Shown: in pieces, positions 11,654 to 27,102 of the stretch
How the letters are laid out: each line of letters starts with the position of its first letter
Position numbering within the stretch: the first letter of the stretch is position 1
From: Octopus sinensis
Lineage: Eukaryota
DNA length: 64,000 nt
Direction of reading: 5' to 3'
Assembly: GCF_006345805.1 (NCBI RefSeq)
Contig: NC_042999.1
Coordinates: forward strand, 76,632,001 to 76,696,000
Notes under the pieces: generated by a model
Told to the model about the DNA's origin: nothing
Database searches by the model: none
Seen by the model: only the letters and a program-made list of their open reading frames with translations
Made by a program: the position numbers and the translations under genes

Positions 11654-13809
11654 CGTTCTTGTGTAAATGAAGTGTAATATCTACTAAGGTTTGATGTATT
11701 CGCTGTCTATTATTGGGACAGCAGTTTATGTATTATTATGCACCAGTACCATCCATATAGCAAATCACCCAGAAAGAGTTAGCGCAATAGTTTTCCCCCC
11801 ATTTGTTTGCTTGACTGCTTGTATGAGTACCAGATTTGATATGTAAGAATATATTGAAGAGAATTTCTTATTTATGAGAGGAAGATTTGGCAAAATAATC
11901 ATCTTTAGCAAGTTATTTCGATGTCAATAACGCGACCCAGCTATATTCAAAATATCATAGATTTTGTGAATTGTACAGGTTATGTAAAAGAAAACATTAT
12001 AACAGTAGGTAAATAGCGACGCATTTTGCTTCAGATAATAAAAGTCTCTTGAATGCATGTTAAGATTGGAATTACTGCAATTCTGTTCAGTGTGAACACT
12101 TGAAGACTGATGTGGAATGAAATCGAAGACTGAAATTGAAGACCTATGTCGAATGATGTCAAAAAAAGAACAAAATTCTAGTTTAGGAGAAGAAAATTAG
12201 AATATTATAAAAGGTGGGACAGTAGAAGTGAAGGAAAGACTTATGATGAGTTCACCAAATTGGCTTAGGCAGAGGAAGTAGCATAACCCGAAGGGTGAGA
12301 GAGTCACAAAGGAAGAGATAACGTGGCCTATTCTTCTCCAGGCTATAGAAACAGACGGAGTTGAACATTCTACTTCAAAGTAACAAAATACTGGTCTGTT
12401 AACGTTTATTGAGAAAACCACATGACAAAGGCATTCACGCCATAGCCATTCAATCACCTTTTTAGATGATGGCCACATAATTCAATGTGCCCCTTTGCTA
12501 AGGAATTTGTATATAATTTAAGAGAAATTAACTAATTGTTTCTAGTATGTAGAAGCTCCTTCGTTATTTATTGTACTGCTTAAGAAGTTTCTATTTAAAT
12601 TGAGAAATATAACGCGAAAATGACAGACATACACCATATACATCCTATACTAATGTACTTTTGTTAATGATAGCTGTAGAGAAACAAACAGTGAAATAGT
12701 CATGAACCCAGAGAGAGAGGGGGGAAGAGAAAGAGAGAGAGAAATGGAGAGAAAGAGAGAGAGAAAGGGAGAGAATGATAGAATAAGAAAAGAGCTATTG
12801 AAGTAGCAATATACAAGTTATACGATGCTTCAGCAACATTTTAAGCTGTTTTGTGGCCTAGTGCCAATGCCAGACAATATATATTTTAAACTGCCTGAAT
12901 TGGCCAATATTGCAGGAGAACCTTGGACGCTCAATTAAATGCATTTCTTTATATATATTGCGACATCCTTCTCGTCTCAGTACAGTACAGTTCAAGTAGT
13001 AGGGTTGATATAAAGGACAGTTCCATTCCAAAAATATATGACCTCGTGTCTGTGTTACAAATGATTATGAAATTATGCTCATTTTAAACTGATATTTCCT
13101 GCGGTCTGTTCTGTTTTTCATTCCTCATGCTCCATGTCCGATCGAAGAAGCAGCCCAGTATAATGAACTCGAATCCACCAACTTGAACTACATCTCCAGC
13201 AAATACAGATTTTTGCCTTCACCACAAATTACAGTGGATTGATATGGCTGAGTACTTAACCTCAGAAGGATGTGAGATCTGAGTTCAGAAATTAAAGTGA
13301 CGCAACAAAAGAAGCCTACACCTGTAATTTTATCCGACGTTTTACGGAATCCGTCAATCCACCAGAAAATGCTAAATCCCGTACCATAAATCCCGTAATA
13401 TAAATGGAACATGTATGTCTGTAGAACAATAGGTATCCCCGATCGGAGGTATACTTATAGCCGTTATACCAACCAAGCATGAACGTCGCGGATTCCCATT
13501 CTGCTTGCTCTCTCTTTCTCCCTCTCTCTCTCACACACACACACATACATACATGCGCGCGCGCATAGAGACATTCGTAATAAGGCAAACAGTAACCAAT
13601 GCTTGAAGCAACTGGGTTTTATCTCAAAAGTTTTCTGTGCTTTACTTTGTCTATTTCCATTTGAGATTGCTTCTTTTTTTTTTATTTATATTTCTGTGTT
13701 TCTTCTAACAGGAATGCTTTCTATATAACAGACTATAAATGTCAAACGAAATTTGAATTCGTTGTTAGAATAGAGTACGTCAAGGATTTAAAGGGATTTG
13801 GTGGGGGTA

Positions 13810-14131
<322 letters not shown>

Positions 14132-15661
14132 GGATAGAGAATGAAACGAGAAGATGAGCGAAATCAAAACGTACAAGTTGAAGACAAGATTGGGGAAACT
14201 AGTCGAAATAAAAATTCATAGCTTCAGTTCACTCACAAACACAGACTTTCATTGACTTTTGTAAGAAATACATCAAACAAGAGAATGACACTATATTTAT
14301 TATTCAACGACTAGCAATGAATCTGATTTATAAAGACAATTGTAAATGTATTGAATCGTGTTCAGACGACACTCAGATAAGATCAGAGGCGGAGAACTAC
14401 ACTGATTTGATACGGATCTGAAAGTCATACATTAGGTGTGTTTTAACAAGCCGTTTTCCCTTTTGACATTATTTCCTCATTTCTTATACACACACACACA
14501 CACACACAAGTACATATGTTTATATAACGTGCGTTTATGCACGCATATATAGTATCGCATAGCATAGATGAATCGGACAGACACTCGAAAACAGAGACGT
14601 TGTCATGTATATCAGCGAAATAGAAATACAGACATTAATATTTCACACAAACACGTGTTTCTAATTGCAGCACAACATTAAAACAGACAGGTATTGTTCT
14701 TACTATAATGACTTCTCAGTAGACGTAGTAGTTTAAGAAGTTACAGTAGAAGAACACGGAATTGTGGAATTCTTATAAATGTCTCTTTTGCAAGTAAAAG
14801 AAATAAAATGGGTGTATGTTTGTGTGTGATGCTCTTTGTTGCGTATGAGTGCGTGGATGTGAGAAGACATAGCGTATGGTTTGTATGGTACGAATATGAA
14901 AGTGATGCTTTGAATGCTGGCTTATGAACTGTGACTGTGTGTATTGTGTTTTGTTGTGTATGTATGCATGGTAGCGAAAGATTGTAAGGTCTGGTGGATG
15001 CCTAACAGTGTAGAAGTTTGCAGTTTCGGTAAATTGCAGGCGGCAGTTCAAAACGAGCTGTTGTTCCCTGAGGAAGTGGGAGATCAGTGTTCAGAGATAA
15101 GCCAGAAACCGATGGGTGTTGGACAGAGTAATAGATAGAGTGAAAAACTGAGTCACAGGTGACTGGTTGATTTGAATGTTTCAAAGGTATTATGCAAACT
15201 TGCCCGAAAATCAGCTGTGCGTTTTGTAATCACGTGGTTTAAAACTAGACCAGAATAGCTCCCATAACGATTATTTTCCATTATAACCCTCCGGATTTAT
15301 AGCATTGCGAGTGAAATTATCCAGAAACATGTATATATATATATATTCAAACACACATGTACATACATTATATATATGCATAAATATACACATATATACA
15401 TTGTGTGTGTGTGTATGTGTGTGAGCGCATGGCCTAGTGGTTGGGGTGTTGCACTCGTGATCTAGCGATTGTGACTTCAATTCCTAGACGCGTGGCACGC
15501 AGTGCACCTGTTCAGGCAACGTTAAGAGAGTGAGCTAATATGCACCATAAACATTTGATCACGATAAACAAGTTATTTGAGCAAGTCGTTCGGCAAAAAG
15601 CTGAACGTCATATGTCGTTTTTGACGGGGAAGTCCATCGTATATATATATGCACACACACA

Positions 15662-15743
<82 letters not shown>

Positions 15744-17231
15744 TATACATGCATATATACACTGTTGCTATTTTCATCCATTTTTAAGGAACATAGCTGA
15801 ATACATAAAATCAAATATATTACGAAGGTTCAAATATCTTAATCTTGGCAATATATACATATGTGTATATATTTTTGTACGTGACTGTGCGTGTGTACAT
15901 ACATGCATACCCACATATGTACATTCGTATGTATATATAAGTCTGTGTGCATTTTCGTACTAAATGATGTTTATTACAGAATTAAATGTGTGACCAATAT
16001 TCGACATTTAACAATTAAATTACAGATCGGCAATGCACTTGAGCATACATACGGATAATTCTATGTGAGCGAATATATTTATACAGATGCCTTTATATAA
16101 ATGAGTCACGGGCGACATCATTGGAAAGGCCATAGTTGTCTAGTGAATGACTGACAATTCAATTTGTATAATTAATTACTTAATTAATTAAATTATATAT
16201 CTATGTGTGGGTAAGTGAAGCTGTGTGCGTGGCCTTTCTCAAGAGTTTTGATATATATATCTTGAGAGATATCATAGCATAAGAGAAGCGAAAGTATTTC
16301 AAACGAAACAGAAAAGTGGTCTGTGATGACAGTTCACCTTTGAACTATTATGATGCATGCTCTACATTGCCTTTTCTCTGGGCAATCCCTTTTAGAGAGA
16401 AAGGAATATTGAAAGAAAGATTGTGTGTACGTGTAAAAATGTATGTGAGAATGTATGTCTGTATACTGTATTGGCAGTAGTATGCGGTGTTACAGATATA
16501 TATTAATGTGACGGCAGAGTATACAAAACTACACACCGTCAGAATCCCACAGTTGAGCGTGTATTTGGGTTTTATTGTACCGTGGTTATTTGCAGAGATT
16601 GACAGTGGACTAAATCAACATCAATATGTGACATGGAAGGGAGAATGATTTGAACTAAGAACGTAAAAAACTTAAGCAAACGATGCAAGATATTTTGTCT
16701 GATGCTCTAACGATTCTAGCAAATCAACACCTACGCATCCTTCAGAGCTACTGCCATATAATTTGAACTTTATACTGAATTTTAAAAAAATACTACAATC
16801 AAATCGATTATCTTACTTTCACATGAACTGCGACGTAATTTGCTACCATGACTCTCATCTAAAATCTTACAAAAAGAATAAACATTGAATAATGTAGTTC
16901 TCCATATATATATTAATACCAAGAAAAGAGTTTAACTAGTTTCCATGCTTTTGAACATAAGCCTGATGGGTCATGACTGTTTCTGGACAAAGCAACAATA
17001 AACATACAGCAATGACTAAGCGTCTATGCGATAGTTAGACATGGTCGAAATATCAGCCCTATTCATTTCAGGTCGCAGTGTACCGTCTTAAAAATGGAAG
17101 AATACATTATCTGAATAAAGGACCTTTGTGAACACTTGTTACTAGTGTGTATTTCTTGCATTGCTCCTTTATCATACACATAAGTATAAAAAATAAATGT
17201 GTGTATATGTTTACATACACACATACATATG

Positions 17232-17291
<60 letters not shown>

Positions 17292-17301
17292 TTTATTTAT
17301 T

Positions 17302-17504
17302 ACGAGAGGGTGCTGAAAAGTTTCTAGCTTTGGGTAAAAGAAAATACAGGAGGATCAGTTAATTATGGCTTATTCAACATATACCCCTGTCACATTCATT
17401 TACTTATTGCAGTTCTTCAGTTTTTCTAAGCGCTGTAAAAGAAGTCGGGAAATTGGGTCTCCGACCAGGCCTTTCCCGATACCCTTAAGCTAGGAACTTT
17501 TCAG
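17302..17504 (+). mobile_element. Mariner-type MITE of about 200 bp
   Basis: Terminal inverted repeats ctgaaaagtttctagctt (17313-17330) and aagctaggaacttttcag (17487-17504) match 17/18. TA-rich flanks. A homologous copy is at 47130-47495. Confidence 0.8.
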
Positions 17505-18319
17505 TATATATACATATATGCAGATATGTATATGTGCATACATATATGCATATATATATATGTGTGTGTATGTGTGTGTGCGCGCGGGCGGGCATATGCA
17601 TACGTATATAGCTATTTAATTTGATACTAAATAGGATTCTTATTTTAAACATTAACATTTTAAAGAAGCCAGTTGCTCAAGTTTTGAAAATAAAAACCTA
17701 CTGTAGGAAGCAACCATACAAAGTATGTTACTTATGAACTGCTACAGTGATTTGACAGAGATTTTATAGCGTTGGATAGACTACCGAGATCAGTGTTGCA
17801 TTTTGATCTTCCGATTTCGATAAACAATACCTACGCGGGTGGGAAATGTAAGAACGTCGTGTCCCAAGCCTACACGGATAACAGTCTTAATCCATTACCT
17901 GGTATAACACCATCACCGGGCCGTGTCTTCTAATTGAACATACTTTCCTTCCTGTCTCCCACCAGTATCAGAGACCCTGTGAATGATTATAGACACTACC
18001 TTCCCTACTGATTGTAAAAGAAATACACTGAATAAGCTACAGGATTGTCTCATCTGAAACATTTTCGATCGTGGCTGTGCTAGACCAGGTTTTTCCAGCG
18101 TCTACACAATAACTTGCTAATTTTTGCACAATGCTAGCAAGGTTTTTGTTTTTGTTTTGTTTCATTATTTTTTAAGGAAGAAGTTGATTACATCGACACC
18201 AGTACACAACTAGCACTTATTTTCTCAATCCCGAGAGGACGAGAGGCAAAAATCGTCTGAGAACGTCTGAGAGCCAAAACAAATGAGCTAAGCATTTTCT
18301 TCCACACGCTAACGATTCT

Positions 18320-18735
18320 TATTTCTTTATTGCCCACAGGGGGCTAAACATAGAGGGGACAAATAAGGACAGACAAACGAATTAAGTCGATTACATCGAC
18401 CCTGTGTGAAACTGGTACTTATTTAATCGACCCCAAATGGATGAAAGGCAAAGTCGACCTCGGCGGAATTTGAACTCAGAACGTAGCGGCAGACGAAATA
18501 CCTATTTCTTTACTACCCACAAGGGGCTAAACACAGAGGGGACAAAGAAGGACAGACAAACGGATTAAGTCGATTATATCGGCCCCAGTGCTTAACTGGT
18601 ACTTATTTAATCGACCCCGAAAGGATGAAAGGCAAAGTCGACCTCGGCGGAATTTGAACTCAGAACGTAGCGACAGACGAAATACTGCTAAGCATTTCGC
18701 CCGGCGTGCTAATGTTTCTGCCAGCTCGCCGCCTT
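18320..18735 (-). mobile_element. Dimeric SINE family N insertion with an 18-bp TSD, inside an older SINE
   Basis: A 183-bp unit (18320-18502) plus a full unit (18503-18735). ccacacgctaacgattct is repeated at 18302-18319 and 18736-18753. Confidence 0.88.
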
Positions 18736-21700
18736 CCACACGCTAACGATTCTGCCAGCTTGCCAACTTCGCGAGTAAGCAAAAAAAGGACCACCAACAT
18801 CATCGAAAAGTATTTATTCAATTTACCTCTAGCAGTCTCGTCATATCGTTATTTGAACCAAGAACTAAAAGCTACAAGCTCGAGACGAAATACCGCAAGA
18901 CATTTTAATCATGAATTCTGCTGTATATGCCAGCTCTATACCCTTACTTATTCTTACATATGATATTCCAGAAATATGTTTCAATGAACGCTTTATTTAA
19001 TTTACTTTCTTTTTTCTCTCTGTATATCCTATTTATTTTTCTACTACGTCTTTCCTGTGTTTGTTTGGTTGTATTTATTTTTCATTGCATTTTTTTTTTT
19101 TTATTCTATCTAATCATGATAAACTAACTGCAGGAATGCAGAGGAAAAATTGATTTGACATTTTTACTAAAGAACACTTTAGTAACTAAATTTAGGCTGC
19201 TGAAGAGAAATAATTTATATCGTTGGTTTATTTATTTATTTATTCAGATGTTATTTCTTTTTATATATTTATTATATTATATTTATCTCATTTTTTTTTT
19301 TTACCTAAAAATCGATTTACAGTGAAGAGGATTTAATGAAATTCTGAAAGATATTTTCGATTAAACTTATATAAAATAACCAAACTTAAATATGAAAATA
19401 GCGAAGAATGGTGATGATGATGATGATGACGATGACGATGATGACGACGATGATGATGGAGATGTCGGGATAAAATGGTAATAATTGCAGATTAGAATAT
19501 AGCGGAGGATTAAATATCTCACAGTCGACTTCGTTTGGTTGATTTTTGTCAGATATGCATTTTTCCATCTGAAAGACAGAAGCTACTGCTAACTATGAAG
19601 ACAACGACAACGATGATGACGATAATGTTTATATGGATATTTTATTTAAATCCAATAATTTATACAAGTTCATTTTAACCTTTTCATAATAAGAGTCATT
19701 TTCCAAATAATTAGTTTCGAATTTATCATTTGTTAAACTCTAGCTGTATTGGATTCATCAACGATAGCGAAGAGCAAGAGAGAGTTCTGGTAAATATATT
19801 ATAGCAAGAAAAACAATACCCAAAATTATAGTTGGGTATTGTTGAAGTATTTAACAACACAACTGCTACACTGAAGCTTCTGTTTCTATGTAAAATGTAA
19901 ATTACAGATGCAAAGCTAAAGAAACATCCGTCACTTGAACAGTACTTCTGCTGCTTATTCTAACAACATGATGCCTAATTATCGAAGTAAAGTGAATAAG
20001 ACCATTAATATCTTCTAGGCTGGAAATCACAGAAGACAACATAAGCTTTTGTGACGTGTGTGTGTGTGTGTGTTTCTACAATTTCTTGATTTTGTTTCCG
20101 CCACAAGTTTATACAGTTGGCGAATCGACCCTAGTATATGATTGTTAATTAATTCCTTAGTCCTATAAAAATCGGAAGCAGCTTGAATCCTTGTGAGACT
20201 TTCAATCAGACTGTTGAAGAGCAAAACGAAATCCTCAAAGAGCAGTATTTAATCCAACGAACTTATGCTTTTACCAAACCAATTCCTTCTATAATGTTTC
20301 AACTGACCCAGCTAAAGAAAATAATGTCAATGACGAGTATTGAGGTGGTTGAAATATGCTAAACACATGGTTAAACTGAGAGTAGATATCGTATTTAAAA
20401 AAAGTTTGTTCAACACTTCAAATTGAAAATAACTAATCAAAACTGAATGAGGACAGGAAAAGAGAGAAGAAGGATAGAGTCAGATACAATTAGAATTTGT
20501 ATTGTAAGCAGTTGAGACATTGTTATAACATTTATCTTCACGTCAAGCCTGTTGGGAGAGAACAAGACATTGTAATACTTTTTTCTTCTTTCTGGGTAGA
20601 ATTTAATCAAAACAAGAATTATATAAGGAGCTTATGTATGTGTTTCGGGGATTATGCTTCACTCAGCTCTCGGGAGAGAACAAGTCGTATACTGATTATC
20701 AGTTGATTCTGTTGAAGGGAAATGTTAATTTAACTAAAATGATAAGCCGATAGGAATTGGAACTTTTCGAGACTGCATTGCATATTCTCTCATTTTCTTG
20801 TTGCATCTTGCTTCTTTTTTACTTTATTTTAAAAATATGTTAGAAGTGTTGTTCTTGTCTTTGTTTTTGCTGTAGTTGTTTAACCCTTCTGGACAGCACC
20901 AATCCAGAAAATTTAGGATAAAAAGTATTTTCAAGCATAATCCTCGATAAACTTATATTATCTAATGTGTGTTTCATTTCTTTAAGACTATGTAATTTAA
21001 GGGACTCCGTCCTACTATTTCAAGTAAGTCGAGCAGCTAATAATAAACATGAAAATTTATTATGAGAGAGGTGATTTAGAGTTGAGAACACTTATCGAAA
21101 TAATGTAAAAAGAAAATGTCAAATTCGACAAAAGTTTAATTCAAAAGGTGCAGAGACGAAAGAGAATAGCTTTTGACAAAGTACAGAGTCGTGTATTTTG
21201 AGGGAAGAATCAATTGTATAATTGTGACATCCGTGAACTGCATGTAGTGTAAGATGTAAAATGGAATAACTCCAACCGGGAATTGAAATAGAGTTGTGTC
21301 TGGTAAAGCGTAGCTCACTGCAAACGAATGAAACACTTGATCATCTTACAGTACTACGACTACCTACACTGATGCACATTACCAGCCTACTGCACTTATT
21401 TATATCCTGTAAAGAGATTTTGTCACAGACACAACACACCTCCGGGGACAAGTTTTGAAAAGTTGAACTACTGGAGCACAGTTAATTGAAATATATACAT
21501 CACTTTATAGGTGTAGTGGAAGAATTTATATTTCAAGACATCTGCCCTTAAACTGCTGCCGTTTCTTCTCCTCAGGACGAAGTCTATTTTGTATAGTAAT
21601 TTAGTAAGACGTAGAGGGGAAAAGATGAAATGCGATGGAAAATAACGCTACAATCCGACGCTTATTCTAAACCGAACCGTGTCGTTCAACTGTTATTATA

Positions 21701-24402
21701 ACTGATTCGAAACCTGCTTCTTTGAAACTTTCTGGCTTTATGCCCGCTTCATCCTAAATTTCTTGATACTCACGATTTCCCCACTTCTCATAAATTTTAT
21801 AACTTCTGTTAAAGCAAGTGTGTGTTAGTGTGTTTTTTAAGTGTGTGCATTCATCTGTATAAACTCGAGGGTGTGTACTTGCATTTTGCCTAGAAAGGAT
21901 AAACCTTGCACGAACGTGTGAATTCTAGACATATAGTCAATCAAAGACATTGAAAGATGCGAACACACGCATGCTTGCGTGTTCAGATTTGCTTTAAATG
22001 GTCAATGTTTGTTTGTTTCTATTCCTATTCATTTAATACTTGTTTTTATTACTGTTTAGGTAGCGACGAATAAATCTCAGGACATCAGCAAAGTTTAGAA
22101 TAATAATGCAAATATCTTGAAGTGTTTAAACACGGATGATGTCTAAGCTAACAGAATTCAGTTAATTTTGCTTCTTACGCTGATGCTTCATATATATTTA
22201 TATTGATATTTGTGTTGTCATTGATGTTGTTAATCTTCTTATCAATATTCGAATTTCAAAGAAGTTTAATCAGTGGGGAGTTTAAACAGAAGAATTAACG
22301 AAACAGTATTAATTAGACCTGAAAATATCATCAAATATAAAGGAGGAATTTTTAATCGAAAAAACCAACCCATTCTGACGATTCGTTAATAAACACTTCG
22401 GTAGTTTCACGGAAAAAAAATTCAATAGGAATTGAAATGCAATAAAAATAAAAAATATAAACTATCATATTCAAACCAAGCTGTCGTGTAAAAGCGTCAT
22501 TCTGTTAACAATCATCATATATGTTAATCTAACTTGAAAGAGATTCAACACTATAAAAATTAAATGTATTATAATAATCATGTAATCACGTGTCTAACCA
22601 AAGTTTCGTACCTCATCTCCTCTTCCGGGAAAATTATTTTATTCTTCCAAACTAAATTTAAATGCACTTTAGCTCGCAGTAGTCATTTCCCCTCCACGCC
22701 ATTTTGAAATTGTTTTTCGATAATTACAAGAAAATTTCATTTCAGAAAATTCGAACGCAAATGCAAAAAATAAACACAATCAGTGTCTAAAAAAGAATAA
22801 ACAAATATATAAAGGACCATATAAAAGATCACAAGATAGTCATTATTTCTAATTTGTTGTTATGATCGTCAAAATGGAAGAAATAAAGGCAAAAGCAAGT
22901 TCCCTTTTTAAGTAATCTCCTAAACATTGGAAAACTGAAGCAAGTACCTAATGCAAAACAAATATTATTTCTGTCTATAATCTCTGTACACATCCTTGTC
23001 CATCGAACTATACGTGACTTCTCAGAAGAAGGGGGAAAATGGAAGTAACAAATGCCTCAATACAAGAGAATCTATAACGAAAAAAAATTGTGAGAACCGT
23101 AGGATTTTGCCACCGAAAATAAACATGTAATTACACAAACGAACTCAGATATTATCGACTAAAGCACGAAATGTAATGGCTGTCTTTTTTCTTCAAGCAC
23201 AATAAATCGTGGTCCGAACAGATCGGCTTAAATCCGTTATTTGTTATTTGATCGTTTATAAATCCATAACTCAAGGATAAATAACGAGTTGTAACTACAA
23301 ATGAAGGATTTGCTTTACTATATTTTGTTTATAATTTTCTTCTTTTTTTTTTTGTAATTTGAATTGATGTCGAAAGGATAAATACTTCAAACTACTGTAT
23401 GATTATTTTACTAGAATGTCAATAATACTTAGACTAAAGCGTAAAAGAAAAAGAAATATCGAAGATTAACTCTAATAGGTAGATTTATGAGTAATAAATG
23501 CAAATGGTGAACAAATCTATTCAAACAAATCGAATAGCAAACACGAATACATCAACGAAAAGTAAAGACAGAAAGAAATGCCTTGTAGAACTAAGAAATG
23601 CGAAGCAAAATTACAGTTACTTCCGGTTAATATTTTCCTTTTATTTGATTTTATAGATTTCGTTTTCTTTTGTAGTTATTTTCATCTATTTTATCTCAGA
23701 TATGTTGATGCTTTCTTCATTTAGATAAACAGCGAAGAAGCTATAAAGTATTTAGGCGACCATATAGAAATGTTAATGAGTTTATTAACTTAAATCCGTT
23801 TATTCAATTTCGTACAGTGTTTCGTGAACAAGCATACAATTTAAAGATTTATCCAAATCTAAAGCCGCTCGGAACATTAGCTATTCAATATGTGACTAAC
23901 GGTAACCACCCGTCAGTACACTTTGTCACATCACACCGTCTCCAATGTACTTCACACAAAGAATTTTTTTTAACGAAATAAACAAATATCAAAAAGTAAA
24001 TTCTCAATTTAAATAATTTGATGAAAATAGAATTATACATTAAATTTCCTCTAAATTTTATTTCCGTAATTCAATTTTCAATTAATTGAATTTTATTTAA
24101 ACAATATTAGAAATGTTATTCAATATATTTAAGCAATATTTTAAAACGTTATTCAATATATTTAAAGTGAGTTTGCAAATTGTGTTAACGATATTTATTC
24201 AATGCGGTTTTTTGATTTGTTTTTTTTTTTTCTGAGTACAGTTTTAAATGTTTTATTAAAGAAATCGTATAAAATTGTAAGTGGTAAGTCTTTGGCTAGA
24301 CAAATAATGACCCAGTTTTGATTCCAACTAAAATCCTGCTTAATTCGCTTACACTGCTAATTTGATGGTCACATTTTTCAATTCATTCACCAAAAATGTA
24401 TG

Positions 24403-24449
<47 letters not shown>

Positions 24450-24492
24450 TGTGTGTGTATAGATACATACAAATAAATACATATATACGTAT

Positions 24493-24673
24493 ATACATTA
24501 TAAGTATGTGTATGCTTGCACGTGCGAACTCATGTAAATATATGCATACAAATATTACATATATATGTATACACATACATACGTACGCACACATACACAT
24601 GCACACACACACACACACACACATCACACGAACACACACATATGGCTTCCGTGAATTTATAATGAAGTTCAAG
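24493..24673. repeat. Left arm of a long inverted repeat (partner 25980-26150)
   Basis: Identical to the reverse complement of 25980-26150 except for (CA)n length. Confidence 0.95.
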
Positions 24674-24736
24674 AGGTTAAATACCTTATTTAAAAGTACC
24701 TTGATTTTTAGCCGCTGAACGAGGAAACAAACTCAC

Positions 24737-24861
24737 ATCGTTCCAGTCCAAATCAACTTGTTTTTGTATATCAATGTTATCCTGCTGCTTTTCATATAAT
24801 ATCTCATGATATGGGAGGAATTTAGCAAGAATTCTCATAAGTAAAACTATGCCTTGATGGC
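24737..24861 (-). CDS. Best candidate coding exon, 125 nt, phase 1-0 (GHQGIVLLMRILAKFLPYHEILYEKQQDNIDIQKQVDLDWND)
   Basis: Acceptor tttctatgtcgatacag and consensus donor gat|gtgagt. A single frame is open and the other two contain stops. The product is unidentified. Confidence 0.5.
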
Positions 24862-25979
24862 CTGTATCGACATAGAAACACTGGCACTCACACATACATA
24901 TGACGGATTGGTCTCCGCCGTTCGACGATTAGAAATCAGTTGTTCCATCAAAGTACCTCCTCCTGAATGAGTGTATGCGGTTAAATATTCCAAAGACATG
25001 CGCATCCTTAGCATAATTTTCAGGCAGAATCTTCGTCAAGCAGTACTACCAAAGCTGTACCTTTTGAATTACGAGTGCAATCCACCCAGGCCTGTACACA
25101 CTTTCTCTCGGGTCGACCCGAAGCTAAAAGAAATGAAGTTTGCCCCAGCTGTCATGCACTGGCATTGAACTTCTTAACTATTCGGCCATGCTGTGCGTAC
25201 TGTACGTAGTTATACGCGTGTGCACACACATGTACTACACACATACAAATACGCACAACAATATACACTACACACATTGATAGTGATAATTTCTAAAACA
25301 AAAGAACACAACTTTGTAAGAATGTACTTTTATTGCTCCATTCGACAACTCACGCAAATAATACATGAAAATTATTCTAAGCCACAAGATTTTTGAAACA
25401 TTCATATTGTTGACATATTTTCAACAACCAATTTATATCAAACTGACAGTAATGTAAATTGTCATTTGACAATCATTTTCTATGTACATTAGGTGAATTT
25501 TCATTGTAATAAACTACATATTTTAGATAAAATTATCATCAGGTATACGTCTACGATACGAGTAACTATGTCAGAATAGACAATAACGTTTAATCATCAT
25601 ATACGAAGCGCTTGACTTTTTAGTAAAGCTAATCACATCATCATTGTGTTTTAAAGAAAGTGGTGAGAAAGAAATATCTTTGCATATTTTGAATTAGGAA
25701 AAAAAAGCATTACCTTAATTTTTCAACCAAACAATCAACTATTTTGCACACAGATAAAAAAAAATTAGATCCATAAAATTAATCATATTGTATGAGAGTA
25801 CTTTTTCAACGAGGTATTACAGCCTTAGGATATTTGCAAAGATCTAATTTCATGACCTCTTCATATTTAAAAGTTGTACATATTGTAATCTTCTTATATT
25901 GTATTCAGTGATGAACAAAAAGATAGCGATACGTATCGAGTTGAGAGAAATCTTTGACATATATTGCATCTGGATATCA

Positions 25980-26226
25980 CTTGAACTTCATTATAAATTC
26001 ACGGAAGCCATATGTGTGTGTTCGTGTGATGTGTGTGTGTGCATGTGTATGTGTGCGTACGTATGTATGTGTATACATATATATGTAATATTTGTATGCA
26101 TATATTTACATGAGTTCGCACGTGCAAGCATACACATACTTATAATGTATGTAAGTATATATATATATATATAGTGTGTGTGTGTGTGTATAGATACATA
26201 CAAATACATACATATATACGTATATA
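25980..26226. repeat. Right inverted arm (25980-26150) plus a direct copy (about 26145-26226) of about 24395-24495
   Basis: Base-by-base alignment. The direct copy has one mismatch in its core apart from TA/GT repeat length. Confidence 0.92.
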
Positions 26227-26227
26227 G

Positions 26228-26265
<38 letters not shown>

Positions 26266-26456
26266 ATATGCATGTATGTATGTTGTATTATGTGGTATGT
26301 ATATTCTATTTTATTAAAGCCGAAAAATTTCACGAACTGTTACTCAGAGTAATTTTGACTTTAATAATATAATATTTTACTCTGTCTTTAGTATTTGAGT
26401 ACTATTTTCTTCCACTTTGTTTGGCACATGTGCTTATTTGTGTGAGTAAATAAATA

Positions 26457-26587
<131 letters not shown>

Positions 26588-27057
26588 GCATCTGATACGC
26601 TGTTCAATAGGGAAGAAAAAGCCAAGTTGAGCGAAACGTTTTTAAAAACAGTAGTAAAGAAGCAGTCAACGAGGTCTCTTGGACCCAGATGTGTTCCAAT
26701 TCTCACTTCGTCATTGACAGAGTCGCTTTTTTTTTTTTTTCAAAGGTAGCCATTTAAAACAATAAGTTCAATGTAATCAAACTCGTGACAAATGAGAGAT
26801 GCTAATGATGAAGATTTCTGGTGACGATACCGTGGGCGGTGTTTTATGCATTGTGTGTGTGTATGTGTAGCGTGTGTGTGTGTGTGTGTGCGTAAATAAG
26901 GAGAAAATTAAAATGTAAACTTCAAACAATTATTGAAGCTGCTTCGAGTTTCACGTTCCCTACTCCCGATGAAATTTAAAGAATGATGCAAGAAAAATAT
27001 CCCTATGAATATTCAATATAAAAAAGACAAAATACAGAAATCTTTTTACAGTGTGTG

Positions 27058-27102
<45 letters not shown>

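Noticed and set aside
18320-18735. Repeated units that might suggest a CRISPR-like or satellite array
   Set aside because: The units are whole SINE copies with no unique spacers, in eukaryotic DNA with no cas genes.
24100-24170. Small tandem duplications (also 4333-4372, 32835-32875, 55630-55656)
   Set aside because: Ordinary slippage duplications of 15-30 bp with no further structure.
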